A DNA stretch of 42,274 nt from Octopus sinensis (GCF_006345805.1 NW_021835251.1:1-42274); one strand, 5' to 3'. Counted from the first letter of the stretch, positions 23,497 through 36,859 are shown. Notes: a model not told the origin generated them from the sequence alone. A program made the numbers and translations.

Positions 23497-23805
23497 GGAG
23501 GCGCAATGGCCTAGTGGTTAGGGCAGCGGACTCGCGGTCGGAGGATGGGGGTTTCGTTTCCCAGACCGGGCGTTGTTTGTATTTATTGAGCAAAAATACC
23601 TAAAAGCTCCACGAGGCTCTGGCAGGGGGTGGTGGCGACTCCTGTTGTACTCTTTCGCCCCAACTTTCTCTCACTCTGTCTTCCTGTTTCTTGAGTAACA
23701 CTGCGATGAACTGGTGTCCCATCCAGCTGGGGGGAACACATATCCCACAGAAAAACGGGAAATCGGCCCATGAGCCTGGCTAAACTTGAAAAGGGCGCAT
23801 AAATA
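23497..23805 (+). mobile_element. tRNA-derived SINE family C, tail type 2 (V-domain-like)
   Basis: A box TGGCCTAGTGG and B-box-like GTTTCGTTTCC. After the shared core it continues CTGCGATGAACTGGTGTCCCATCCAG. Confidence 0.85.
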
Positions 23806-24670
23806 ATAGAAAAGTACACTAAAAGTACAAAAAACATAATTGAATATTTCAAAGAGCATAATTACAAACCGGTTTCTCTTCTTATGGCAGATATTCATTG
23901 CAATGCCCGTGTGTAATGCACACACACCCTCACACACATACATGCATACTTTTATGCATTTGTTCCCGTGTATATGTTTGTGTGTATATGTTTGTATGTG
24001 CGCGCAGTTGTCTTTGTACTCCACATTGTGTCAATCACTTAAGATTTGTTTCTGTCTCCGTAACCTTGCAGCTCGGCAAAAGATAATAAATGCTGTGGTC
24101 AATTTGTTCAACTAGACTCTACAAGGTAACGCTCCAGCATGGCCACAGTCCAACAATCGAAAGATCGAAAGAGAAAATTAAAAGGATATAAATGGTGACG
24201 CCCTCTGGTTGTGGCCGTTAATATAAGGAAGGTAATTATCTCCGCATTATACGAGACAGGATTGGAAATTTAAAATTGAAATTAAGGAATACGATAATCA
24301 AGATGTATATGAACCACATATTTTTTATCTATTAAAATAATAACTCTCGACATTGGATAGAAAACTAATGCACTGCATCAACCTAGCTATTTATTTTATA
24401 CAACCATTACGGCACTTAAGGAATGTATCTATTATCCCGTTTCTAATTGGAACTATACATAACTACTCGTGTAAAGAAATTTCCTGATTACCTATAAGGT
24501 TAGACGTAGTGATATTCGACACAATAGTGATTGTGGAATCTGTAAGTATTGTTTGGACTAATCTCAAACATCAATTGTTAGCCTTGGAGGAATTTATTTA
24601 TGCGTGTTTTATAAAATCCACCCAATTCTTTTCGAGCAAACAATGCTCTCGTTGTATTTCTCAGACTCTA

Positions 24671-24671
<1 letters not shown>

Positions 24672-24721
<50 letters not shown>

Positions 24722-24760
24722 TTAATAATGATAAAATTAATAATAATGATTATGATGATG

Positions 24761-24833
<73 letters not shown>

Positions 24834-24880
24834 TAATGATGATGACGATGATGATGATAATGATGATAAATAAATAATAA
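24672..24880. repeat. (AAT)n/(GAT)n microsatellite; similar arrays at 3271-3360, 3735-3795, 26860-27046, 27553-27715
   Basis: Directly visible. Confidence 0.95.
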
Positions 24881-25867
24881 GTAGCTTCCTCACCACCCTA
24901 GTTGATTGTCTTTTCTTTTCCTTTCATCTATCTTCTGTATGTGTCTCTCTCTGTCTCCCCGTCCGCCCCCTCTCTCTCTCTCTAATATATATATATATAT
25001 CTTCTATTAGCTTTTATTTTATTTTATTTTCATTTTTATTTATATGTTTTATTTTATCTATATTATTTCATTTTATTTTATTTATTTATTTATTCAATTT
25101 TTGAAAATTTATTTTTTACTTCTCATTTTTTTAGATTTAAAAATTTTTATTATTTCATTTACCTTCAGTTGTCTGTCAATTGTGCGTGTGTGTGCGTCAA
25201 TTGTGCGTATCTGTGTATGCACGAGGTTTGTGCATGTGTGTGTATGTGTGTGCTTGCACAATCTGTGTGTATTGTGACGGCTGCATTTTAGGTGTAAGCG
25301 AAAATATTCTCAATGCACCTGGTATTAAAAACACCTGAAAGTAAGTCATAGACAAGCGAGACAACTCACGTCAGGTCTCTTCTCAGAAGGACACACATCG
25401 ATGTCTCATCATTGTTGGGACTTTTCAATGCTGCGTACCCAACAAGGCTTGCTGCAAGCTATATTAACCACTATGCCTGTATGCTAAATGCTTTAAAAAC
25501 CAACTGCTTGCATGCTACAACATTTCATGGTACAGAAAAGATTTATTTATGAATTAGAAGCAGCACGAGGGATATAAACAACATCGAACACGCACACACA
25601 AATTGTGTGTGTTGCTAGTTCGTAGTTCGGTTGGTTTTTTAGACGTAAGAGAATATATTACAATATGATATAATATAATGTAATATAAAATAATATAATA
25701 TAATATACCAAAGCCTTTTGAGTGGATTTGGTAGACGGAAACTGGAAGAGGCCCGTTTTATATATATATATTATATATCCGCTATACTCTGACTTTTATG
25801 TGCATATTTCTGCATTTATGCGTGTGAGTGTGCGTTTGCGCGTGTGTGTGTGTGTATGTGTGGTGTG

Positions 25868-25920
<53 letters not shown>

Positions 25921-25924
25921 AATA

Positions 25925-25961
<37 letters not shown>

Positions 25962-26008
25962 TTATGGAGCCATTGCAGATTTCGATATATATAAATATAA
26001 TATACATA

Positions 26009-26043
<35 letters not shown>

Positions 26044-26494
26044 GTGTGCGTGCGTGTGTGTGTATGGATGCATGTATGTATGTATGTATGTTCGTATATA
26101 AATTTGAAATCTGCAATGACTCCATAACTACCGTCTCGGCTATAACCTTGGAGTCTAGTAATCCGTTACACTACTTACCTAGCGTCCCTAATCGTTTAGA
26201 TCACCTGTGAAGTAAACCCCCATATTTTGTATATCTATCTATGTATCTATCTACCTATTGATATATATATATATATATATAACTATTCAGACAGAATGCA
26301 TTACTGCAGAGGTATTCTGTGAAGTCGATGCTACGGATGAGAGAGAGAGAGAGAGAGGTGGGGAAACGAGGAAGGTGAAATAGAAGTAGAGCGAGAAAGA
26401 ATTAGTGAGATACAGAGATGGATAGAAGCAGAGAGAGAATATGACTTAGAACGATAGATAGAGAGGGAGGGAGAGACAGAGAGAGAGGGAGTGT

Positions 26495-26530
<36 letters not shown>

Positions 26531-26729
26531 GGTCTGGCAGTGCTACTGTAGAAGATTGATGTATCGGGCAGGAGACCAACGATTGTTTTTTGGACGTCAT
26601 GCGTGTTAGCTATGAGGTTAGTTTGCCCCAGATTACGAAATCTCTCGTCAGTTCCAATAAGGGGAGCTACACAAGATAAGAATGAAGTGTGTGACGTTAT
26701 ATCTGAAAGTACACCAAGATGATGAAAGA

Positions 26730-26769
<40 letters not shown>

Positions 26770-26887
26770 GGAGAAAGAGAGAGAGAGAGAAGAGGGAAAG
26801 AGAAAAGTAACAGGACGAACAAAAAGGTTAGCTAATATATTTTAGATATATTTATTGTTTTGTTATTATTATTATTATTATTATTAC

Positions 26888-26923
<36 letters not shown>

Positions 26924-26997
26924 CATTATCATCATCATCATCATCATCATCATCACTATCATCATCATCATTATTATTATCATTATTATTATTATTA

Positions 26998-27046
<49 letters not shown>

Positions 27047-27047
<1 letters not shown>

Positions 27048-27552
27048 GAGTGAGAGAGCAGTGCATGCCATCAAAGTGACACTGGGGCAAAATATATGAA
27101 GCCCAGTATACCCATCATGAATACCCCATCTGATAAGGGTACACTGAGTACATGCATTACAACCACATGTGCGCAACATGGTGATCTCATATCAAGATAA
27201 ACAGAACATGACTTTGCAGGTGGGGGCCCAGTTATAATTTTCTTGTGGTCGAGTAACCTATCCTGCTCAAAAGGTCCCTGAATGAGGTTTGTTAAAGGAT
27301 GTTGAACGAAACACCCATGTTTCCAGAGGTGAATTATTCAAACCCCAAAGAATCCCTCTCAACACATGGCTATGATGCACCCCCACTACTTCTGCTCGTG
27401 ATCAGAGATGCACATATCATCAGCCACTAAAGGACATGCTCAACTGGTTAAGGTCAAACAACTGACAAGCAAATCTGTGGTATTGAGCAGAATATTTGTT
27501 GTAGCCCATCTTTTATACCAAGACAAAACAATGTACAAGATAACACTTCCGA
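27047..27552 (-). mobile_element. Second copy of the 3797-4344 dispersed repeat
   Basis: TGAGTGAGAGAGCAGTGCATGCCATCAAAGTGACACTGGGG...CTTTTATACCAAGACAAAACAATGTACAAGATAACACTTCC is the reverse complement of the first copy. Confidence 0.8.
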
Positions 27553-27555
27553 TTA

Positions 27556-27692
<137 letters not shown>

Positions 27693-28088
27693 TTCATTGT
27701 TGTTATTATTATTGGTAGCCTTAATTAGTGTTTGAGAATTGGTCGCTTCGGGAAAATTAGAGCGAACTGAGATCGGTGGAACATTGGCGATGGGAACAAG
27801 AGAAAGAAAAACTGGGGGGGGGGGAGTAGAAAGATAGAGAACATTCTAGAGTCAAGACGTAAAGATAGAGATCTGACAAGAACATTGTGTCAGTCAGTCA
27901 GCTTGTCAGACAGACAGACATGTTTATCTGTCTGTCTGTTTGTCTCTCAGTCATTCAGAACATGATTTCTTGGGGCGGTTTTGAATTTTTTTCCCCACCA
28001 CTATTGTGTGTGTATGCGTATGTGTATGTACTGAAATGAAACCTCTGTGTGTGCGTGTGTGTATGTCGTCTGTCTCTGTCTGTCTGTC

Positions 28089-28184
<96 letters not shown>

Positions 28185-28210
28185 ATATATTATAATATAT
28201 ATATTCTTAT

Positions 28211-28400
28211 ATTCTTTTACTTGTTTCAGTCATTTGATTGTGGCCACACAGACACACGCGCGCACACACACACACATATACGCGACGGGCTTCTTTCAGT
28301 TTCCGTCTACCAAATCCACCCACTCACAAGACTTTGATCAGCCTGAGGCTATAATAGAAGACACTTGCCCAAAGTGCCACGCAGTGGGACTGAACCCGGT
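28211..28400 (-). mobile_element. SINE family B with internal deletion; further fragments at 24040-24175(+), 25705-25758(+), 29339-29483(-), 30340-30470(-), 32885-33050(-)
   Basis: The tail start CTTTTACTTGTTTCAGTCATTTGA is joined via a CA tract to the head GACGGGCTTCTTTCAGTTTCCGTCTACCAAATCCAC. Confidence 0.8.
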
Positions 28401-28665
28401 ACTTTGTAATTATATATACTTTGTAACTAGGGTTCAGCAAAGATTTGCTTCACCACATACCGAAGTTTAGAAATAGCAGTCAAAAAATCTTAGCTATTCC
28501 TTCTATTTTAAAAGGGGCCCCCAGAAAAACCAAAGTACTTTAAAACAGTCCACGCAGGCAAAATGGCGGCACTAGCACTGAATATGATCTCTCTGATCAT
28601 ATTAGGTGAAGAGATATTCTCCAGTGCCTTCGAATTTAATATTTAATAATTAATATTTGAGGAAT

Positions 28666-28751
28666 CCCACGCTGATGAGCCGAAAATGGTCGGGTAAGGT
28701 ATAATTATTTATTCTTTATACCGATCTAATTCCGAAACGCGCGTACGCGGG
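28666..28751 (+). ncRNA. Type I hammerhead motif with palindromic helix III (ACGCGCGU), GUA cleavage triplet (after 28745)
   Basis: Helix I CCCACG/CGCGGG (1 mismatch), CUGAUGA 28672-78, G10.1-C11.1, long imperfect helix II containing GGUAUAA/UUAUACC, GAAA 28734-37. Confidence 0.55.
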
Positions 28752-28779
28752 TAACCTAATATCAATTGATTTTCATTAT

Positions 28780-29070
28780 TTTTCCCACCGTCCCACCGAC
28801 CAACCGATCAACCAACCAACCAGCCGACCCACCGACCAACCGACAAACCATCCAACCAGCCAACCAACCGACAAACCAACCAACCAGCCGACCCACTGAC
28901 CAACCAACCAGCCAGTCGACCCACGACCAACCAACCAACCAGCCAACCAACCGACAAACCAACCAACCAGCCGATCCACCGACCAACCAGCCAACCAGCC
29001 AACCAGCCGACCAACCGACAAACAACCAGCCAACCTACCAACCAGCCAGTCAACCAGCCAACCAACCAAC
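28780..29070. repeat. Degenerate (CCAA/CCGA/CCAG)n tetranucleotide mosaic
   Basis: Directly visible; source of the WLVG-type ORFs. Confidence 0.9.
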
Positions 29071-30306
29071 ACTTCTGTTGGCTTCATTTTTATATAAAGT
29101 TCTCTGAATAAAAGATGGGTTGGTCACGACTGGATGTCTTCGATCATAGATCTGTTCGATTAGGCTTTCGTGAGGGCTGGACAAAAACAACAACAACAAC
29201 AACAACATATATTTAATGCGACCGATTTTCTCTAGAATTAGGAACCAGGCGTTGTTTGCGTGAATATGGCAGCATTACCTTCGGATCTTATTGGCACCAT
29301 TACCTCTCATAAGCTCTCTATACACACACACACACACAACGGGCTTCTTTTTACCAAATCCACTCACAAGGCTTTGGTCGTCCTGAGCCTATAGTAGAAC
29401 ACACTTACCGATGATCCTACGCTATGGGACTGAACGTGGAACCATGTGGTTGGGAAGCAATCTTCTTACCACACAACTACGCCTGAACCGATGGCAGATA
29501 GATCTTAAAGCAATTTTACATGGACCTCCAACTGTCAAATTAACTTCTGTTGGGAACCACTGATTGGGCCCTTGTAAATCCAATATTAAAATTGACTTCG
29601 ATATGAATCTAGTCTTCGTTATGTCTCAGAGGCAATATGACTGAAAATAAAAAAAAAGAAGGACAGTGAAAAAAAATGAGCGGAGAAATGGCTGCCAAAA
29701 AAAAAAAGAATTGTTTGATTTGGGCATCACCAAAACCATGACCATCACCACAACCACAACCATCACCACCACAACTACAATAATTGCCACCACCATCACC
29801 ACTACTATCTCAAACGCCACCACCACCACCACCACCAGCACTACTACCACCACTACCATGACCACGACCACAACTACAACCATCACCACTACTATCTCAA
29901 ACAACACCACCACCAACAACAACAGCCTTCATTGTATTGCAGCAGGTAAAAGAGAAGAGATGTCAGCAATATCGAAGTCCACCACCCCACCCCACCCCGA
30001 CCCCAGCACCAGATATTTACGAAAGATCCTGTATTATAATCTAAGTGAAAACTCTTCTTCTTCCCGACATGTTGCTGCTATTTCACAATGCCTGCTTCCT
30101 AATTCTAGAGAAAATCGGTCGTATTAAATATATTTTGTTGTTGTTGTTGTTGTTGTTGTACAGCCCTCACGAAAGCCCAATCGAACAGGACTATGATCGA
30201 AGATATCCAGTCGGGACCAACCCATCTTTAATTCAGTGAGCTTTAATATAAAAATAACAGCCAACAAACGTGTTGGCTGGTTGGCTGGTTGGTCGGTTGG
30301 TTGATT
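29045..30306. repeat. Inverted pair of a short (CAA)n-tailed retro-like repeat (29045-29206 + and 30135-30306 -)
   Basis: AAAGATGGGTTGGTC(A/C)CGACTGGAT(G/A)TCTTCGATCATAG..CTGTTCGATT(A/G)GGCTTTCGTGAGGGCTG-(CAA)n is present in both orientations. Confidence 0.85.
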
Positions 30307-30467
30307 GAAGCACCGTTTTGAAAAACTTTCTTAAATAAATCGACCCAAGTACTAATTTCAAACTCTAGTGCTTATTCAAATGGGCCTTTTTTGTCGAACC
30401 ACTAAGTTACGGATCTGTAAGCAAACCGACACCAGATGTCAGGAGCTGGAGATAAAGGACAAACACA

Positions 30468-30505
<38 letters not shown>

Positions 30506-30949
30506 CACACAACACACACACGCACACATACTCGACGTGCTTCCACACAGTGTCTGTCTATTATGATCAAACTCCTATGCAGAATTCTACGAATACTAGA
30601 AAAAGTACTCAATGCCCGTGGTAAAGTATAGAAAATTTCCATCACTCATCTGAAACTAATTACCTGAACCAGAAAGTTAACGCGTGCGTTAATACATCTG
30701 TTTTCTCAGGCAGTTATTCGGATTGAAATCATACAATAAACAATATAACAAGATGGGTGAAGAGAACATGCATCTCTGATTGGTCAACAGAGATGATATG
30801 TTGGCGGAATGCGACTTCCGCAGTAAGCCAGAGATATCGTGTAAAGATGTGACAAGGTTCATCGCTCTGCTGGAAGTTAAGGACCAAGGAGAATTTATAG
30901 TCATGTACGCACGCATAGCACAAACACGGATGTGTTTAATTTACACCTC

Positions 30950-31530
30950 TCAAAACACGTACACAGAAACACACACACACATACACACACGCACACACAC
31001 ATACACACACGCACACACGCACGAACACACACACACACACTCACGCACACACACACGCGCGCACGCACGTGCACATACACAAACACACAGACACGCACAC
31101 GCGCACAAACACAAACACACACGCACACACACAAGCAAACACACACACACGTGCATACACGCACACGCACACGTACACACACACGCATAAACACACACAC
31201 ATGTACGAATACACACACACACACACATGTACGAATACACACACACACACGCACATGCACGCACATGCATACACACACACAGGCACACACACACGTACGC
31301 ACATGCACACACACATACGCACGCACATGCACTCACATGCACACACACACATACACACACACACACACATGAACACACACGCACGCACGAACACACACCT
31401 GCACGCACACACAGGTACACACACACACCTGCACGCACACACAGGTACACACACACACGTGCATATACACATACACGCAGTACACACACACGAACACACA
31501 CACACACGCACACATGCACACGCACATACA
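30950..31530. repeat. Long CA/CG-rich alternating purine-pyrimidine tract with higher-order subrepeats
   Basis: CATGTACGAATACAC occurs twice and a 30-bp unit ACACACACCTGCACGCACACACAGGTACAC occurs twice. Confidence 0.9.
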
Positions 31531-32314
31531 CTCACATTTATCAACATAAAACAAACCGAATATACATCTGAAACGTTCTCACATTAGCACACACTCCCTC
31601 TCGCACACACACACACGTATACATGCAATTTCATATACATGTGTGTACAGCCCACAATATGTGTGTACACACATCTTCACGTAGACTAATATACATGCTT
31701 GTAGCTCACTGTCCCACAATGTTTTAATAGGCAGATGTGAACATCTTTTCGCTTGAAAACAAACATATTTCTAAGTCTGTTTATGTGTGTATATATGTAT
31801 GTATTGTGTATGTGTGTGTATATGTATGTATGTGAGAGTATTTGTGTGTATATCATATATACATACATACGCATACAGACACACATACATATTTATGCAT
31901 ATATATAAATATACTTGAAATTTTACATATTTATATATACTTAGATACACACACAAGCATATATGTATATGTATAATATATATAATATATATTATATATA
32001 ATATATATATAATCCTTAGCTGGAATTTATAAATATTTAATGCATCGTTATGCACGTTTCCACTAATCACACGTCTCTTATGATCATAGTCCATATTTCT
32101 GGATGATTATAGTGCAGTCCATAGTATCCGTGGACATCGGGTTGATTATCTTCACAGAGTCATTTCTTCAGGCGATATGACATTAATGTATGTACAACAG
32201 AGGGATACTAATCCGTTTTGACCAGTATGAAGGTAGTGTATCAGACTGACAGAGAGACAGAATAATTTACAAATTGAACACGGTTGACATAAGTACTCTC
32301 TTCTTCTTACACAC

Positions 32315-32362
<48 letters not shown>

Positions 32363-32440
32363 GAGACAGAGACAGACAGACAGACAGACAGACAGAAAGA
32401 GAGCAAGTGAGAGCCAGAGATAGGTTGAGAGAGTATGTAT

Positions 32441-32489
<49 letters not shown>

Positions 32490-32694
32490 AGTGAGAGACA
32501 CATTAATATGAAGCTTGAAAACGTCTGATGTCAACTAAATCACCGTCGGATCAGCGACTCAAATAAGTGGCACCGAAACGGCTACGCCGAAACTTCTCAT
32601 TCCCAGTAAAAAAAACTATTTGAAGTATTAGTCTTCTGTTATAGTTGTTTCTGATTTGTGTACAAGTCCAGCATTGTTTTCAACCTCAGTATTT

Positions 32695-32835
32695 GAATCG
32701 TACTATACTTTATCGATCCCGAAAGAATAAACGGCTAAGTTTACCTCGGCAGTGTTTTCACTCAGAATGTAAAAAGAAAAAATGTCGCTGGGTATTTTTT
32801 CAGACCATCTGACGAGTGTCCCCGCTCGCTGCCTT
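32695..32835 (-). mobile_element. SINE family A, degenerate; other fragments at 33075-33175(-), 33962-34058(+), 38430-38570(-)
   Basis: TTTATCGATCCCGAAAGAATAAACGGCTAAGTTTACCTCGGCAG resembles the family A central motif. Confidence 0.6.
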
Positions 32836-33405
32836 TTTGTCTTTTATAATAAATCTACTTAAATCAATTTTATAAGAATCTTCCATCTTTTATCACTAAC
32901 CTGCTTTGGTCATGAAACTGTGGCCATGCTGGGGCACCACCTTGAAGAATTTCAGACCAATGAATCGAAACCAGCACTTTTATTTTTTTAAAGTCTTGTA
33001 CTTATTCTATCTTTATCGTTTGCCGAACCACTAAGTTACGGGGATATTAAGTCTGCTTCTAACTTAACTGGCATGGAAAGGTGAAACGCAAAGATCACTT
33101 TGGTGTGATTTGAACTTAGAACGTATAAAGCCGTAGCTGAAGGTTACATATATTTTGTTCGACGCTCTATTTAGTGTTTCAGTAAACATTGACAATCAAG
33201 GGTTAGCATCCTTTCCAAAAACCATTTTTATTTGTTATCAGATTTGGCTCCTTGAAAATTTAACATCGCAGGATTGTAAAAGGTTTGTCATACTCCAATT
33301 AATGTCTGTGTACAAGAATAAAGTTAACACTTAAAGACTTGTGAATACATAGATTTTGAGTTAAAATAAACCGCAAATCTTTCGTCGGGAGAGTCTGTGT
33401 AAATG

Positions 33406-33471
<66 letters not shown>

Positions 33472-34056
33472 GAAAGAGAGAGAGGGAGAGAGAGAGAAAA
33501 AGGAGAGAGAGTGTGTGTGTGTGTGTGTGTGTACAATGCCCAATTACATGATGATATGCAGTTCAAGCTTTTGCACACAATTCTTCTAATTTCTTTTTGT
33601 TGCAGAAAGAACGTTTCCACATTTGTTGAGGACCTGACAAAGTCAGATTTGATCTTTCAGTACATAAATATCATCAGAGATCTTTAGTGATATATAAATT
33701 GTTGGCTAAGAATTCGCATCTGATAAAAACAACTTAAGGTGAGCCTCTTCGATCGCTCGATCACAACCAATTTTCCCTCAAATGATACTCTGTCTAGTAT
33801 TAATTGACTCTCCCGATAATGTACTCTTTGATACATTTTGACTGAAAAACAGAAAGCCCAACAAACTTCGTGGTGGTCACAGTGATAATACCTTCGATGG
33901 CAGGTATACCCAGTCAGCAATAGCTTAGAGATAACTACATCATTATGACAAAGATAACAACGGTGATTGGCTGGTAGAATCTTCAGTACGCCAGACAAAA
34001 GTTTTAACGGCATTTCGTCCGTCTTATCGCCCTGAGTTCGAATTCCACTGAGATCG

Positions 34057-34109
<53 letters not shown>

Positions 34110-34362
34110 CACCCTTATACATACTAATACATACACCAACCCTATACATACACACGTCCAGACCCCTCCTACGCACTATTAGCTGGTCCTTCAACCCTAT
34201 TATCCACCCTATTATCAACCCTATTATCTCCCCTTATTTCGCTCTCGCGTCTCATGTTTGATCTTTGACCTCTGGCCGAAATCAGATCGCCATGTTGATT
34301 CGTTAGCTACTGCACGCATTTTTTTTCTTTCCTTCTTTCTGTGTTTTTTTTCTCTCTGTGTA

Positions 34363-34400
34363 TCTTTCTGTTGAAGAGCGTAGGCTCGAAACGTTAAAGA
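34363..34400 (+). ncRNA. Degenerate minimal hammerhead-like motif
   Basis: UCUUU-CUGUUGA-A-GAGC GUAG GCUC-GAAA-CG-UU-AAAGA: helix I 5 bp, helix II 4 bp, palindromic helix III AACGUU. The core has A6U and the triplet is GUU. Confidence 0.35.
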
Positions 34401-34518
34401 CTTGTTTTATTTATATTTCCTGAGCGCCATACTAATACAATTGTTCGTTGTTTTCCATCTGCCTTCGTCTTTTGTCTATTTTCATAAAGCTTCCCGTTAT
34501 ATATATATATATATAATA

Positions 34519-34560
<42 letters not shown>

Positions 34561-34636
34561 TATATATATATGCATGTATGTATGTATGTATGTATGTATG
34601 TATGTATGGATGCATGGATGCATGCATGTATGTATG

Positions 34637-35260
34637 TTCTTTTACTTGTTTCAGTCATTTGACTGCGGCCGTGCTGGAGCACCGCCTTTTAGTCGGAAAA
34701 ATTCACCCCAGGATTTATTCTTTGTAAGCTTGGTACTTATTCTATCGGGCTCTTTTGCCGAACCGCTAAGATACGGAGACATAAATACACAACATCGGTT
34801 GTCAAGCGACGGTGAGGTGAACAAACACAGAAACAAGCACACAAATACACACACACAGACACGAGAAAGTTCTAGTAAAAAAAATTATTTTAACAGTATC
34901 TTGTGGCATAGAAAATCATAAATTTATTCTGTACGAATACTATTTTCACCCATAAATATTTATGATTGTATATAAATTCCTTAGTTACTATAATTTATTA
35001 GTTTCTTTTACATATTCTTAGTTTATGCATCTGTATGCAAATATAGTATTGGTATATCCCTTTTATGTTCATTAGAAATTAAATAAATAAATAATTTTGA
35101 CAGGTACGAATATTTATTTCCCCCCACTGTATATACACACATATATACCACGGGCTTCTTTCAGTTTCTGTCTACCAAATCCACTCACTGGGGTTTGGTC
35201 GGCCCGAGGCTATAGATGAAGACACTTGCCCAAGGTGCTACGCAGTAGGACCGAACCCAC
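34637..35260 (-). mobile_element. SINE family B (tail 34637-34860, head 35150-35260) split by a Tc1 end
   Basis: Both halves align with 41138-41595. Confidence 0.8.
34862..35129 (-). mobile_element. Terminal fragment of an IR/DR-type Tc1 transposon
   Basis: Minus strand TA|CAGTGGGGGGAAATAAATATTCGTAC, with a second direct repeat ATGGGTGAAAATAGTATTCGTAC about 175 bp inside. Confidence 0.55.
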
Positions 35261-36078
35261 TATATATACATACACATACATACATGCATTAATATACCCA
35301 TTACACACACGCGCATACGTATATACATCTAAATATATAGAAGCCGAAATGTGCTATATATGCGAAATACACCTTAAATACAAATGTACTCTGTAAAATA
35401 TTTACACCTGTTGATATTATACGCTTTACCTGTTTATTTCAGTAAAAGATATAAAGAAACAGAAAAACAGAAAAAAAGATTCCAAGAACGACAGTCAAGA
35501 GAAGGAATAACTCTTGTGATCTCGAGAAAGAACACAAGAGAATTAACAGAGTGTGTGAAAGGGAAGGGGGGTCAAGAGTGGGAGAGGCGTAAGAACTGAA
35601 CAGAGCAGAACATGCCACACACATTGACAATGCTAAGTGGGGGTTTCGTCTTATCTGATCACACATCTGAATATGATGGGCTGAGTGTTAGACGTAAAAG
35701 ATACAGAAAACTAAACACTAACTACATATCAAACACGGTATCGTACATAGCTGACGTGTGCGCGTTGCCTATCGCCCGAAAAGCTTGCTGAATGTAGCTC
35801 CTTTAGTCGCACTTGAGATATACATTGCTTCAACAATTACTCGCATTTTGTAAAGACCCTTACCAATCCCATCCCATCCCATCCTACAACACAATCACAA
35901 TCGTAATCATAATCATCATCGTCGTTCCACGTCGTCGTATTTATCGTCGTCGTCGTCGCTATTACTGCTAGGTTTCTAATGACGTCCCGTGAAGAAAGGA
36001 TTCTCAAACGGAGGTGAACTTCGTCTTCAATCTCGGATCAGTGGCTTTTACACACACACACAGAGTCACTCACTCACT

Positions 36079-36177
<99 letters not shown>

Positions 36178-36859
36178 GCGCGCACACAAATTCATAATAC
36201 ATACATAGATATTTTTATGTTAGAGGCACCACTCTTTTCTCGCTCCTCTTTCTGAGTGTGTATGTGTGTGTGCGCGCGCATGTGTGTCTGTATATATATA
36301 TATATATGTAGGTATGTATGTATGCATAATGACGATAAGTCCATTATTTAAACTAACGATTTTACCAAGTGAACAGCATGGAAAAAAACCGTATAGGTAA
36401 TAATTATTTTAGATATATAATACGATAAATATTATTAGAATTAAGAGTACTGAAAGGTACCACCATGCCAGAAATGGCAGTCAAACCTGATTCTGAAACC
36501 ACATCATATACTTATATATATATTCCTTCTCTTGACTGTCGTTCTTGGAATCTTTTTTTTCTGTTTTTCTGTTTCTTTATATCTTTTACTGAAATAAACA
36601 GGTAAAGCGTATAATATCAACAGGTGTAAATATTTTACAGAGTACATTTGTATTTAAGGTGTATTTCGCATATATAGCACATTTCGGCTTCTATATATTT
36701 AGATGTATATACGTGTATATACGTATGCGCGTGTGTGTAATTGGTATATTAATGCATGTATGTATGTGTATGTATATATAGTGGGTTCGGTCCTACTGCG
36801 TAGCACCTTGGGCAAGTGTCTTCATCTATAGCCTCGGGCCGACCAAACCCCAGTGAGTG
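35182..36859. repeat. Inverted duplication: 35182-35509 and 36521-36859, spacer 1011 bp
   Basis: The arms are identical except for one substitution, one homopolymer base and a 10-bp tandem duplication in the right arm. Confidence 0.97.

Noticed and set aside
23497-23570. tRNA gene
   Set aside because: A/B boxes are present, but there is no full cloverleaf and it continues into a SINE body shared with 16627.
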